Positions 36,783 through 45,817 of a stretch of 64,000 nt of DNA are shown here, piece after piece (position 1 is the first letter of the stretch; the number at the start of each line of letters is the position of its first letter). The position numbers were made by a program, and so were the translations under genes. The stretch is from an uncultured Alphaproteobacteria bacterium (GTDB lineage: Bacteria > Pseudomonadota > Alphaproteobacteria > Rhizobiales > Xanthobacteraceae), in assembly GCA_963832045.1 (NCBI GenBank), contig CAWHSM010000004.1, forward strand, positions 244,896 to 308,895, written 5' to 3'. A model generated the notes under the pieces. That model did no database searches. It had not been told where the DNA came from and saw nothing but the letters and a program-made list of their open reading frames with translations.

Positions 36783-38093
36783 TCACACCCAGCGCAGCAG
36801 GAATTCGACGGTATAGAAGCCAAGCCCCGCGAGGCCACCGATCAGCGATCCGTTGAAGCGAATGTATTGCAGGTCGCGCCCGATATTGACTTCGATCAGC
36901 GAAATCAGCTGTCCCATGTCCCAGGCCTTGACCTGGTCGGAGATGAAACTGGAGACGCCGCTCTTCTGGTCGGCAATGAAACTCCGCAACACCGTGACGA
37001 ATCCCTGATTGATCTCGGCGCGCAATTCGGAATCGGCGGCGAGTGTTTCGCCGGCTTTCACGAACATTCCGGCCAGATGCTGCTGCAACACCTGGCTCTC
37101 GCCGCTGGCGCTGCGTTCGATGAAATTGCGCGCGTTCGACCACAGGGTTCGTGCCAATTCGCCGAGTTCGGGGCGGGCAAGAAGATCACGCTTGAATCCA
37201 TCGATGCGGTTCGCATAGCTTTTGTCGGTGGCGAGCCGGTCCGCAAAGGACAGCACCATGCGGTCGAACTCGCCGCGAAACGGATGGCGCGGATCGTTGC
37301 GAACCTCTTCGAAAAATGCAGTGACCGACGCCACGATCTTGTTCACCAGGAACTTGTCGGTACGGTAGAGTTTTAGAAGCGTCGGCAGTTCGGCGCGGAC
37401 CTTCTCGCGGATCATCGCCATGGTCTCGGCCTGCACCAGCGTGTCATGCACGGTACGCAGGAGATCATCGAGCAGTCCCTGATGGCGGCCCTCGGCCACG
37501 AAGGTCCGCAAGGTGCCAGCGGCTAGCGGCGCAAGGTCGACCGCCTGCAGCTGTGACGCGATGCGGCGGCTGATGAAGCTCATCAGGCCGGAAGCATCCG
37601 TCGCCGCCACCGCCTCGGGCAGCAGGCGAAGCGTGAAGCGGGCGAGATCACTGCTGCGCTTGCGGTCACGCAGCCAGTCGGCGATGAAGGAGCCGAAATC
37701 GACCTGACGCAGCTTGGCTTCGACGGGGGCGGGTTCGAGAAAATGCACCTCGATGAATTCGCCGAGCTTGTCGGCAATGCGGTGCTGATTGCTCCGGATA
37801 ATCGCGGTATGCGGGATCGGCAAGCCCAGCGGCCGCTTGAACAGCGCCACGACGGCATACCAGTCGGCGAGACCGCCGATCGTCGCGTCCTCGGCAAAGG
37901 CGGCGACGAAGCCGAAAGCGGGATGCGTCGGCAATAGCAGCTTTGCGAGCACGAACAGCGTCAGCGTGCCGGCGAGCACGAGTGTCGCCAGCGCCTTGAC
38001 GCGCCGGAGCTCAGCCGCGCGCGCGGCGTCGCCTGGGGCGAAGGGGAATTCTGATGCGGTCATGGCGGCCATCGCTATTTTGATCGGCTCCAA
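36783..38093 (-). CDS. DUF445-domain membrane protein
   Basis: ..ATIGGLADWYAVVALFKRPLGLPIPHTAIIRSNQHRIADKLGEFI.. is a characteristic DUF445 core, with a C-terminal TM segment. Confidence 0.8.
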   Translation of the reverse strand: MEPIKIAMAAMTASEFPFAPGDAARAAELRRVKALATLVLAGTLTLFVLAKLLLPTHPAFGFVAAFAEDATIGGLADWYAVVALFKRPLGLPIPHTAIIRSNQHRIADKLGEFIEVHFLEPAPVEAKLRQVDFGSFIADWLRDRKRSSDLARFTLRLLPEAVAATDASGLMSFISRRIASQLQAVDLAPLAAGTLRTFVAEGRHQGLLDDLLRTVHDTLVQAETMAMIREKVRAELPTLLKLYRTDKFLVNKIVASVTAFFEEVRNDPRHPFRGEFDRMVLSFADRLATDKSYANRIDGFKRDLLARPELGELARTLWSNARNFIERSASGESQVLQQHLAGMFVKAGETLAADSELRAEINQGFVTVLRSFIADQKSGVSSFISDQVKAWDMGQLISLIEVNIGRDLQYIRFNGSLIGGLAGLGFYTVEFLLRWV

Positions 38094-38116
38094 TCGTAAC
38101 GCGCCCCACTATCTTC

Positions 38117-38240
38117 GTCATGGCCGGGCATAGCCGCCCGAAGGACGGCGTCGCTTCCGCTCGCCTATGCCCGGCCATCCACGACTTAACTTGCGCAACT
38201 TGAAGAGACGTGGATGCCCGGGACAAGCCCGGGCATGACG
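38117..38240. repeat. REP-like palindromes, family C (GTCATGGCCGGGCATAG / ATGCCCGGG..CCCGGGCAT)
   Basis: GTCATGGCCGGGCATAG (38117-38133) pairs with CTATGCCCGGCCAT (38165-38178). A second hairpin is TGCCCGGG-ACAA-GCCCGGGCA (38214-38236). Confidence 0.8.
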
Positions 38241-38252
38241 TGGAGAGGCCGT

Positions 38253-38285
38253 CAAAAAAAGAAAGGCCCGCCGGAAGCGGGCCTT
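38253..38285 (-). terminator. Rho-independent terminator of the phasin gene
   Basis: On the minus strand: AAGGCCCGC-TTCCG-GCGGGCCTT followed by TCTTTTTTT. Confidence 0.88.
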
Positions 38286-38315
38286 CAAAGGGGACACTAC
38301 TTACAGGACACTTAA

Positions 38316-38792
38316 TCAGGCGGTCTTGGTATAGACCTTCGAGAAGCTGTCCTGCGCGGTCTTCGCACCGTCGGCAACGAGCTTGCCGAGATATTCGGTC
38401 GACGCCTTGGCGCGCGACACAAATATTTCGCCACGCGCACGCAGCAAATCCGACTGGATCTGGACGGCCTCGTTGATCGACTTGGCGGAAGCCAGTCTGT
38501 CGACGCCGGCGAAGAACGCCTCGGCATCCTGGTAGATCGCCTGCTGGATATTGCGGCTGATCTTGGCTGCTTCGCTGACCGAACCCGCAACCGCGGATTC
38601 AATCACCTCGGTGGCCTTCTCCGAACCCGCATAAAGGTCGGCGGCACGCTCCTTGGCGGTCTCGGTCTGCTTCTTCACGAACTCGCGGGCAGCTTCGGGA
38701 ACTTCCAGGTTCTGGAAGCTCTTGAAGGCTTCGGTCACGGGCGCGAAGGCTTCCTTGACGGAATTCAGCACAGAATTGGTATCGGTGGTCAT
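38316..38792 (-). CDS. phaP: Phasin-family PHA granule protein
   Basis: 158 aa, Ala/Glu/Lys-rich amphipathic helices with a Phasin_2-like N-terminus (..FAPVTEAFKSFQNLEVPEAAREF..). Has its own strong terminator. Confidence 0.85.
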   Translation of the reverse strand: MTTDTNSVLNSVKEAFAPVTEAFKSFQNLEVPEAAREFVKKQTETAKERAADLYAGSEKATEVIESAVAGSVSEAAKISRNIQQAIYQDAEAFFAGVDRLASAKSINEAVQIQSDLLRARGEIFVSRAKASTEYLGKLVADGAKTAQDSFSKVYTKTA

Positions 38793-38877
38793 GGGTGTCT
38801 CTCCATCCTCGGTTAGAGCTATGGGCTCACCCCGTCCGGATTGGCCCGGGGCAACCTCTATATGGCATAGTTAATGG

Positions 38878-38903
38878 TGCGATGCAACATTGATGTTGCA
38901 TCG
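38878..38903. promoter_or_regulatory. Perfect 11-bp dyad upstream of the phasin gene (candidate PhaR-type operator)
   Basis: GCGATGCAACA-TTGA-TGTTGCATCGC, 86 nt upstream of the phaP ATG. It contains TGC/GCA-rich half sites. Confidence 0.4.
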
Positions 38904-38970
38904 CGATATCACGAATGCGTGATGAGAGGAATAATTGGGCGATTTGCGCGCGAAACCGGCCAATCGGCCT

Positions 38971-39567
38971 TCAGGAGGGCATAACCGCCCCCGGAAGCCC
39001 GTAGGCCTCCAACTGTGCCCGGACTTGCGCCACGTTGTGCCCCAGGACGACGATATCGTGCTTTTGGCCGCCGGCATCCCGGACGTGGTCGCGCAGCAGC
39101 GCCTCGGCCTTGAACCCCAGACTTTCGAACAGCGCGATCGCGGCCTGCTGGTCGACGGTCATCTGCACCGACAGCTTTTCGAGGCCCGAGCCGAGCGCAA
39201 GCGCAAAGGTCTCCTGCGACAACGCCCGGCCGACGCCCTGCCCGCGAACCTCCAGCGAGACCACCATCCGGATTTCGCCGACATGGGGTGACCAGGAATG
39301 GGAATCCTTCACCAGCGTGCCGCAACCGACCACGACACCCTGCCCGACGGCCAAGAGGCTCACGATATCGCCGCGCTCGATCTCGTTGATCCAGGCCGAC
39401 AGCACTTTCGGCTGGCTGATATTGCGCGGCAGGAACAGCAGATCGTGGGTCGGCAGTTTTCGCGCGAAGTCGAGTACCGCCGCCTCATCGGCGCGCGTCA
39501 TCAGGCGGAACTCGATCTCGCCGGCCTCCGTGGTCACGCGGCGGGGATAGGAACGTGTTTCACTCAT
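38971..39567 (-). CDS. GNAT-family N-acetyltransferase
   Basis: Acetyl-CoA motif ..VSLEVRGQGVGRALSQ.. The ATG at 39567 forms an ATGA overlap with the phaC stop, so I prefer it over the track start at 39606. Confidence 0.8.
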   Translation of the reverse strand: MSETRSYPRRVTTEAGEIEFRLMTRADEAAVLDFARKLPTHDLLFLPRNISQPKVLSAWINEIERGDIVSLLAVGQGVVVGCGTLVKDSHSWSPHVGEIRMVVSLEVRGQGVGRALSQETFALALGSGLEKLSVQMTVDQQAAIALFESLGFKAEALLRDHVRDAGGQKHDIVVLGHNVAQVRAQLEAYGLPGAVMPS

Positions 39568-40658
39568 GTCGATCTCCCGCATAGCCATGAATCGAGTTTG
39601 GGCCACAACCGCCGCACCGCGTTGGGGCCGGCGACCAGGCTGACATGGCCGCCCTTGAGGACTACTTCTTCCTTGTCGGCCGAGCCGATCTTCTCGATCA
39701 GCGGTCGCGCGGCAGCATAGGGAACGATGTGGTCATGTTCGGCCACCGCATGCAGGACCGGAACCTTGATCCTCGAGATATCCGCCTTTCGCCCGCCGAC
39801 CGACATGGTGTCGTTGTAGAGCTTGTTGTCCCACATCAGGTCCTTGGTAATAGTGCGAAAATACTCGCCGGCCAGCGGCAGCGTATCGGTCGCCCAGCGA
39901 TCGAACATCCGGTACGACTTTACGAACTCGTCGTTCCAGATATTTTCCCACAACTGCACCTGGCTTGCGGCGCGCGAGGCGGGACGCAGCATCTCAAAAG
40001 AAGACAGGATCATCTCGGGCGGCACATTGCCGATGCTGTCGACGAGATGATCGACGTCGAAATAACGGCGATCGGAGAAATTCTGGAACAGCTTCATCTC
40101 CCGGAAGTCGACCGGCGTGGTGAAGCAGATCAGGTTTTTCATCGGCCCGTCGGCAAAGATCGAGCCGTAAAGCAGCGACAACACGCCGCCGAAGCAGTAG
40201 CCGATCACGGTGACATCGCTCTCGCCGGAATCGCGCTGTACCTGGCGAACGCAATCCGGGATGAAGTCGAGGACATAGTCCTCCATTCGCAGGCGCTTCT
40301 CCTCGGGCTTCGGCGCGCTCCAATCGAGCATATAGACGTCGTAGCCGCGTTTTAAGAGAAACTCGACGAAGCTCTGGCCCGGCACCATGTCGAGGATATA
40401 ACCTCGGTTGGTCGTCGCCATCACGATCAGGATCGGCACTCGGTAGATTTCGTCCGCGACCGGCCGATAGTGATAGAGGTTCATCGTGCCGCGGGTGCTC
40501 AAGACGTCCTTGGGGGTCGAGCCGAGCGACGGCCCCGATGTCGAGATATATTCGACGCCCTTGATGCTGCGCGCGATTGCGCGCTGAACCTCGGACTGAA
40601 TCCGCTCCGGGATCGAAGCGAGGTCGAAACCTGCCGGATCCGGAGCGGATGCCGTCAT
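39564..40658 (-). CDS. phaC: Class III poly(R)-hydroxyalkanoate synthase, PhaC subunit
   Basis: True start is the ATG at 40658 (MTASAPDPAGF..), giving 364 aa. Lipase-box-like GYCFGG with the catalytic Cys; ..YRVPILIVMATTNRGYILD.. The track ORF has a spurious Arg/Gly-rich extension. Confidence 0.88.
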   Translation of the reverse strand: MTASAPDPAGFDLASIPERIQSEVQRAIARSIKGVEYISTSGPSLGSTPKDVLSTRGTMNLYHYRPVADEIYRVPILIVMATTNRGYILDMVPGQSFVEFLLKRGYDVYMLDWSAPKPEEKRLRMEDYVLDFIPDCVRQVQRDSGESDVTVIGYCFGGVLSLLYGSIFADGPMKNLICFTTPVDFREMKLFQNFSDRRYFDVDHLVDSIGNVPPEMILSSFEMLRPASRAASQVQLWENIWNDEFVKSYRMFDRWATDTLPLAGEYFRTITKDLMWDNKLYNDTMSVGGRKADISRIKVPVLHAVAEHDHIVPYAAARPLIEKIGSADKEEVVLKGGHVSLVAGPNAVRRLWPKLDSWLCGRST

Positions 40659-41035
40659 TTTTGTTCTCCGCCCGCCGGCGGCGGACGCTTGGTGCGCGGC
40701 GGCCGCGGCGTTGCCGGGCTCCCGGCGCCAGCGGTATTGCCCTGCATCTGCTGCAGCATCGACTTGATCTCGTTGAGCTGGCCTTCGATCGATTGCAGCC
40801 GCTCGGCCATGCCGACCATCTGGGCCCGGCTCGGCAGGTTCATCGTGAGAAGATATTTCTCCATCAGTTCGCCGAGCTGCTTTTGCGCACCGGCCGTCGC
40901 GCCGCCGACCTGATTGACGACCTTGCTGAATTCCGGAGACGCCATCGCCTGATTGGCGAAGGCGTTGAATCCCTTCTCCATCTCGCCGATCATGTTTTGC
41001 CACAGCGCGACCGGATCGTTGCTCTTGTCAGCCAT
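40655..41035 (-). CDS. Small coiled-coil PHA-synthase partner / granule-associated protein (PhaE/PhaR-like)
   Basis: 126 aa from the ATG at 41035 (MADKSNDPVALWQNMIGEMEKGF..), with a Pro/Arg-rich tail. ATGA overlap with the phaC start. The functional call rests mainly on context. Confidence 0.5.
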   Translation of the reverse strand: MADKSNDPVALWQNMIGEMEKGFNAFANQAMASPEFSKVVNQVGGATAGAQKQLGELMEKYLLTMNLPSRAQMVGMAERLQSIEGQLNEIKSMLQQMQGNTAGAGSPATPRPPRTKRPPPAGGEQK

Positions 41036-41239
41036 TGGCGTTCTCCAGCGTGATCGCGATATCAACGGGCTTATTCCGTGAAACGGGAAAGCAGCCCCGA
41101 TGATCTCACACCGTTGTGTCCAGCCGGTCAACCGCGTGAAATCGATTTAAAGGAAGAAGCCTTCTGCGGCGCGGAGAACCGTGTCATAAAATTGGCAACC
41201 CAAAGACGTCTTTCGATAGCGGGAAAAGGAAACGCCAAG

Positions 41240-42208
41240 GTGAACCCATCCATCCACCAGCCGCCGCAGACCGCCCGCGCCAATGGCATCGACCTTTGTT
41301 ATGAAATCTTCGGCGACCCCGCCGCCGAGCCACTGATCCTGATCATGGGTCTGGGCGCCCAAATGATCCAGTGGGACGACGACTTTTGCCGGCAGCTTGC
41401 CGCGCGCGGCTTTCGCGTGATCCGCTTCGATAACCGCGACATCGGAAAGTCCAGCAGGCTTTCCGGCGGCAAGCCCTTGGGCGCGCTGGAGCTGCTCAAG
41501 CTGCGTCTGTTGAAGATTCCGGTGAAGGCGCCGTACCGGCTGAGCGATATGGCGGAGGATACGGTCGGCCTTATGGATACGCTCGGCATCGCATCGGCTC
41601 ATCTGGTCGGCGCGTCGATGGGCGGCATGATCGCCCAGGAAATCGCGATCTCGTTTCCGCAGCGTGTACGCTCTCTCACCTCCATCATGTCGACCACCGG
41701 CAATCCGAAAATTCCCGGACCGACCCGCGAAGCCACAGCGATCCTGATGGCGCCGCCGCCGAAATCGCGGGAGGAGTTCCTCGAACGTTTTGCCAGGACC
41801 TGGAAAGTCCTGCGCGCAGGTTCCTTCCCCGACGATGAAGCGCTTGATCGTGGCCGCGCCGAACGCACCTTCGAGCGCGGCCTCAATCCGGCCGGCGCCG
41901 GACGCCAGCTCCGCGCCATCCTCGCCTCCGGAAGCCGTAAAGATCGGCTTCGTGCGGTCAAAATACCGACGCTAGTGATCCACGGCACCGTCGATCCGCT
42001 GGTTCATCCCGCCGGCGGCAGGGATACCGCCGCCTCGATCCCCGGCGCCAGGCTGATCATGATCGAGGGCATGGGACACGCATTGCCGCTTCGGATGTGG
42101 CCGCAGATCATCGATGCCATCGACAAACACGCGCATGCGGCATCTGCGCAGCCGTTTCACGCGATCCCCGAGGGAATGCCGAGCTTCGAGCGACTGCCGC
42201 AAAGGTAA
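41240..42208 (+). CDS. Alpha/beta hydrolase
   Basis: ..ANGIDLCYEIFGDPAAEPLILIMGLG.. and GASMGG nucleophile elbow. The start is uncertain (GTG 41240 proposed; the track ORF begins at GTG 41078). Confidence 0.8.
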   Translation: MNPSIHQPPQTARANGIDLCYEIFGDPAAEPLILIMGLGAQMIQWDDDFCRQLAARGFRVIRFDNRDIGKSSRLSGGKPLGALELLKLRLLKIPVKAPYRLSDMAEDTVGLMDTLGIASAHLVGASMGGMIAQEIAISFPQRVRSLTSIMSTTGNPKIPGPTREATAILMAPPPKSREEFLERFARTWKVLRAGSFPDDEALDRGRAERTFERGLNPAGAGRQLRAILASGSRKDRLRAVKIPTLVIHGTVDPLVHPAGGRDTAASIPGARLIMIEGMGHALPLRMWPQIIDAIDKHAHAASAQPFHAIPEGMPSFERLPQR

Positions 42209-42271
42209 ATAGCTAGCGCTAGGCCTACCGTGTTTGTGAACTAGCTCGCCTATCCAGACTGGCACTTACTT

Positions 42272-42410
42272 CCCCTCTCCCCTTGCGGGAGAGGGTGCCT
42301 GAGCGAAGCGAAGGCGGGTGAGGGGTTGGTCCTTGATGCGCTGCAACCCCTCACCCGGCTCAATCTCGCCATGCTCGATTTCGCCACCCTCTCCCACAAG
42401 GGGAGAGGGA
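42272..42410. repeat. REP-like triple-hairpin element, family A
   Basis: CCCTCTCCCC-TTGC-GGGAGAGGG, GGGTGAGGGG..CCCCTCACCC and CCCTCTCCC-ACAA-GGGGAGAGGG. Confidence 0.9.
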
Positions 42411-42447
42411 CAGAACCGCGTTCGCGGGGACGGCATTGGAGAGTGTC

Positions 42448-45400
42448 TTACCCACCCGCCCAGACGTCGAGCACATAGCGGTTCTTCGCACCGAGATCGT
42501 CGATCCAGCGCTGGGCTGCCTCGGCATCCACGCCACTGCGTTCGCGATAGATCGCAACCAGTGCTGCCTTGACGTCGGGCTCCATCTTGCCGCCGTCGCC
42601 GCAGACGTAGATGGTTGCGCCCGCTTCGATCAGCGCCCACACGCGATCCTTCTCGGCTGCGACCAGGTCTTGCACATAGGTTTTCGGGCCATCGCCACGC
42701 GAGAAAGCGGTGAACAATTCGCTGATGCCGTCCGCCGCATGGGCTTTTAGTTCGTCGGCATAAAGATAGTCCTGATCGGAGTGGCGGCAGCCGAAGAACA
42801 GCATCGCCGGGCCGAGCGCGGCGCCTTTGGCCTTTTGCGCGGCGCGCTCCTGCAGAAAGCCGCGGAATGGTGCGAGCCCCGTGCCGGGACCGATCATGAC
42901 GACCGGCAGGGTGGAATCCTCGGGCAGACGGAAACCCGCCTTGGTCTCACGCACCGTGGCATGGACGGTGTCGCCGGCGCGGCGGCCGGCCAGGTAGTTC
43001 GAACAGATACCCTTGTAGATGCCGCGGCCCGAGCTCGCGAGTCCCTCGACAACGCCGACGGTAACGCTGCAACGCGAGGGATCGGCCGAGGGCGAGGAGG
43101 AAATCGAGTAATAGCGCGGCGCGAGCAGCGACAGCATCTCCAGATAAATGTGAAACGGCAGTTCGCAGGCCGGATATTCCTCGAGCAAATCAAACACCGA
43201 TTTACGCCGGGCAAGAATGTCCGCGCGATACCGCTCCGTGGAGGCGGCATCGTCGCCGACATAGGCAACCAGCTTCGGTTTCGTCTCGGCGCAGCGCGTG
43301 TGCTCCGACATGATCTGAAGTTGCTTGCGGGTCGCGACCTGTTGCAATTCGACAAACTCCGTCAACAGCCGGCCGACCGATACGGCTTCCCCCACCGGCA
43401 ATTGCGCGCGGCGACCCTCGGCGACCTGGAGGCGGACTTGGTCGGCGGGCAGGAAACCGAAACGGCGCGCAACCGCGTCGACCAGCGCCGGATCGTTGCG
43501 CGGCACGACGCTCAAATGATCGCCGACCCGGTAAGCGATGCCGGACGGCAATTGCACCTCGATGTGCCGGGTCGATCGATCTGACGGGCTGGCGCCGGCC
43601 TTGTTCTGCAGTTCGGAGTTGGCCAATACTTTCATCGGCGAAGCGCCGCCCAACGCGACCACGACGTTGGCGACCGAAGGTGCTATCGGCTCGATATTGT
43701 AAAGCGGCTCGTCGTTCGCGCTGCGGCTGAAACTGGAGTCGACGCCAAACTCCTTTACAGCCTGCGGCGCGGCTTTCGCAAACCATTGCTCGAATTGCCC
43801 GTCGAGATCGCTGCGGGCATCGCCCTCGCCGCGTCCATACACACTGCGGCCACCATGCGCGGTCAATTGCTCGTCGATGAACCGCGGAATCGACTGGTAG
43901 GTCGCGGCCCAATCGCTATTGCCGCAACCGAACACCGCGTAGCGGACTTTCGTAAACGCATCCTTCGGCAGGTCGTCGCCGAGCCATTTGACGAATTGCG
44001 TGGCGTTGTCGGGCGCAGCGCCGTTATACGAGGCGCAGAAAATCAACACCCCGCCCTGCTCCGGCAATTTGCCGACATAATCATCGAGCGGCGCAAGTCT
44101 GGTGGCGAATCCGTTGACCTCGGCGAGATCGGCCACGCGAGTGGCGAGTTCCTCGGCGGTGCCGAGATTGGACCCGTAGAGCACGAGCAGCGGCGTATGG
44201 TGGCCCGGGCGGGTTCGTGAGCGCGGCGCGGCCGCTGCAACCGGCGCCGGGCTCGCCGCGCCGGCATAGGTGCCGCGCTCCTTCTCGTTTCGCGGACGCA
44301 CCTTGATCTTGAAGCCCTCGGGCTTGATCGTCAGCGTTTCCTTCAGATGCATCTGATAGCGGTGCACGTCGATCAGCTTGAAGCGCTGGAGGATCATGCC
44401 GATCGCCAGCGCCGCCTCATGCATCGCAAATCCGCGGCCGATGCAGGCCCGCTGGCCGTTACCGAACGGCTTCCAGGCATTGACCGGGCGTGCCGCCTCA
44501 GCATCGCGCGAAAAGTTCTCCGGATTGAAGGCGTCCGGATTGGGCCCCCACACCGAGGGATCGCGATGCAGCGCCAGCACCAGCACCGTGATGAAGGTGT
44601 TCTTCTTGAGCTTGTATTTGCCGCCGATTACCTCGTCGTTCAACGGCGAGATGCCGTAGGCCGGCGCCGGCGGCCACATCCGCAAAGCCTCTTTGAGGAC
44701 CTGCGTGATATAGGTGAGCTGCGTCACCTGCTGATAGGTCGCCCTCGCGTTGATATCGGGCCCGAGCACGCGATCGACCTCTTCATAGACCTTCTTCAGC
44801 ACCTCGGGATGCTTGAGCAACGCATAGAGCGTGCAGGACAATAATCCGCTGGTGGTTTCATGCCCGGCAATCAGGAAGGTGTTGATCTGATAGCGGATGT
44901 TGACGTCGTCGAGTTGCGTGCCGGTGGCGCGATCGACGCCGGTCATCATGGCGGCGAGCATGTCCTTCTTGTCGTCGGCCGCCGCAGCATTTCGGCGGCG
45001 TTCGGCGACGATCTCGTCGACCATCTTGTTCATGAAGTCGACGTCGCCTGAAAGGTCGCGCCGCCGCTTCTGCATCCAGAGATTTTCCAGCGGCAGGCCG
45101 CGGATCATCATGATGGTCTCGAGCGAGCGCACCAGCGATTCGACGAAGGGGTGATAGTCGCGCCGGTAGAACGAATTGAAGCGGTAGTCGAACCCGCACA
45201 GTCCGATGGTATCGAGCGTCAGCGCGGTCATGTCGTGAACGACGTCGATCTCGTCGTCGGCGTTCAACCGCTCCCACTTCTTCGCAAGCTGCTCGGCGAT
45301 ATCGACCATGCTCGGGTGATAGGACTGCATGGCGCGGTTGCCGAACGGTTGCAGCAGGATGTTATGGGCCTTGCCCCAGTTCGGCTCGGTCGTATCGGCG

Positions 45401-45678
45401 GTGAACAGGCCGTCGCCCGCGATCGCGCGCACCCGCCGCAAGGGTCCGCGCACCGCCTTGTCGAACCGCTTCTCGTCGCTGAGTTCGTCGACGAGATCGT
45501 GGCCGGAGACAATGACGATCGGCGCGCCCATCATGTCGAGCCAGAAGATCGGCCCCAATTCCCTCGCGAGCCGCGCCAGATTCTGCACCGGCGCGGTCGC
45601 GTCCAGCGACAGCATGTTGCCGACCACTGGCTTGGTCGGCGGATGCGGTATCGGGCTCAATCTGTTCTTCGCCGGCAT
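42448..45678 (-). CDS. Self-sufficient cytochrome P450 / NADPH-P450 reductase fusion (CYP102, P450 BM3-like)
   Basis: N-terminal P450 domain (FGNGQRACIGRGFA heme loop), FMN flavodoxin domain and FAD/NADPH reductase domain in one 1076-aa chain. ATG at 45678 (MPAKNRLSPIP..) is preferred; the ATG at 45702 lies inside a REP. Confidence 0.93.
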   Translation of the reverse strand: MPAKNRLSPIPHPPTKPVVGNMLSLDATAPVQNLARLARELGPIFWLDMMGAPIVIVSGHDLVDELSDEKRFDKAVRGPLRRVRAIAGDGLFTADTTEPNWGKAHNILLQPFGNRAMQSYHPSMVDIAEQLAKKWERLNADDEIDVVHDMTALTLDTIGLCGFDYRFNSFYRRDYHPFVESLVRSLETIMMIRGLPLENLWMQKRRRDLSGDVDFMNKMVDEIVAERRRNAAAADDKKDMLAAMMTGVDRATGTQLDDVNIRYQINTFLIAGHETTSGLLSCTLYALLKHPEVLKKVYEEVDRVLGPDINARATYQQVTQLTYITQVLKEALRMWPPAPAYGISPLNDEVIGGKYKLKKNTFITVLVLALHRDPSVWGPNPDAFNPENFSRDAEAARPVNAWKPFGNGQRACIGRGFAMHEAALAIGMILQRFKLIDVHRYQMHLKETLTIKPEGFKIKVRPRNEKERGTYAGAASPAPVAAAAPRSRTRPGHHTPLLVLYGSNLGTAEELATRVADLAEVNGFATRLAPLDDYVGKLPEQGGVLIFCASYNGAAPDNATQFVKWLGDDLPKDAFTKVRYAVFGCGNSDWAATYQSIPRFIDEQLTAHGGRSVYGRGEGDARSDLDGQFEQWFAKAAPQAVKEFGVDSSFSRSANDEPLYNIEPIAPSVANVVVALGGASPMKVLANSELQNKAGASPSDRSTRHIEVQLPSGIAYRVGDHLSVVPRNDPALVDAVARRFGFLPADQVRLQVAEGRRAQLPVGEAVSVGRLLTEFVELQQVATRKQLQIMSEHTRCAETKPKLVAYVGDDAASTERYRADILARRKSVFDLLEEYPACELPFHIYLEMLSLLAPRYYSISSSPSADPSRCSVTVGVVEGLASSGRGIYKGICSNYLAGRRAGDTVHATVRETKAGFRLPEDSTLPVVMIGPGTGLAPFRGFLQERAAQKAKGAALGPAMLFFGCRHSDQDYLYADELKAHAADGISELFTAFSRGDGPKTYVQDLVAAEKDRVWALIEAGATIYVCGDGGKMEPDVKAALVAIYRERSGVDAEAAQRWIDDLGAKNRYVLDVWAGG

Positions 45679-45697
45679 AATTCGTTCAATCCTCTTC

Positions 45698-45813
45698 GTC
45701 ATCGCGAGGAGCGAAAGCGACGAAGCGATCCAGTATCAACAACGGCTCCTGGATTGCTTCGCGGAGCCTGTCATCGGGCGCGCTTTCGCGCGACCCGTTG
45801 GCTCGCAATGACG
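45698..45813. repeat. REP-like palindrome, family D (CGTCATCGCGAGGAGCGAAAGCGACGAAGCGATCCAG)
   Basis: GTCATCGCGAG pairs with CTCGCAATGAC, and GAAGCGATCCAG pairs with CTGGATTGCTTC. Confidence 0.8.
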
Positions 45814-45817
45814 GCTC

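Noticed and set aside
42211-42246. CTAG-rich segment (AGCTAGCGCTAGG...GAACTAGCT) after the hydrolase gene, considered as a degenerate member of the CTAGTG hairpin family
   Set aside because: It has only a 6-bp inverted repeat (AGCTAG/CTAGCT). It lacks CTAGTG/CACTAG termini, a bulge and an inner stem, so it is too short to relate to the family.
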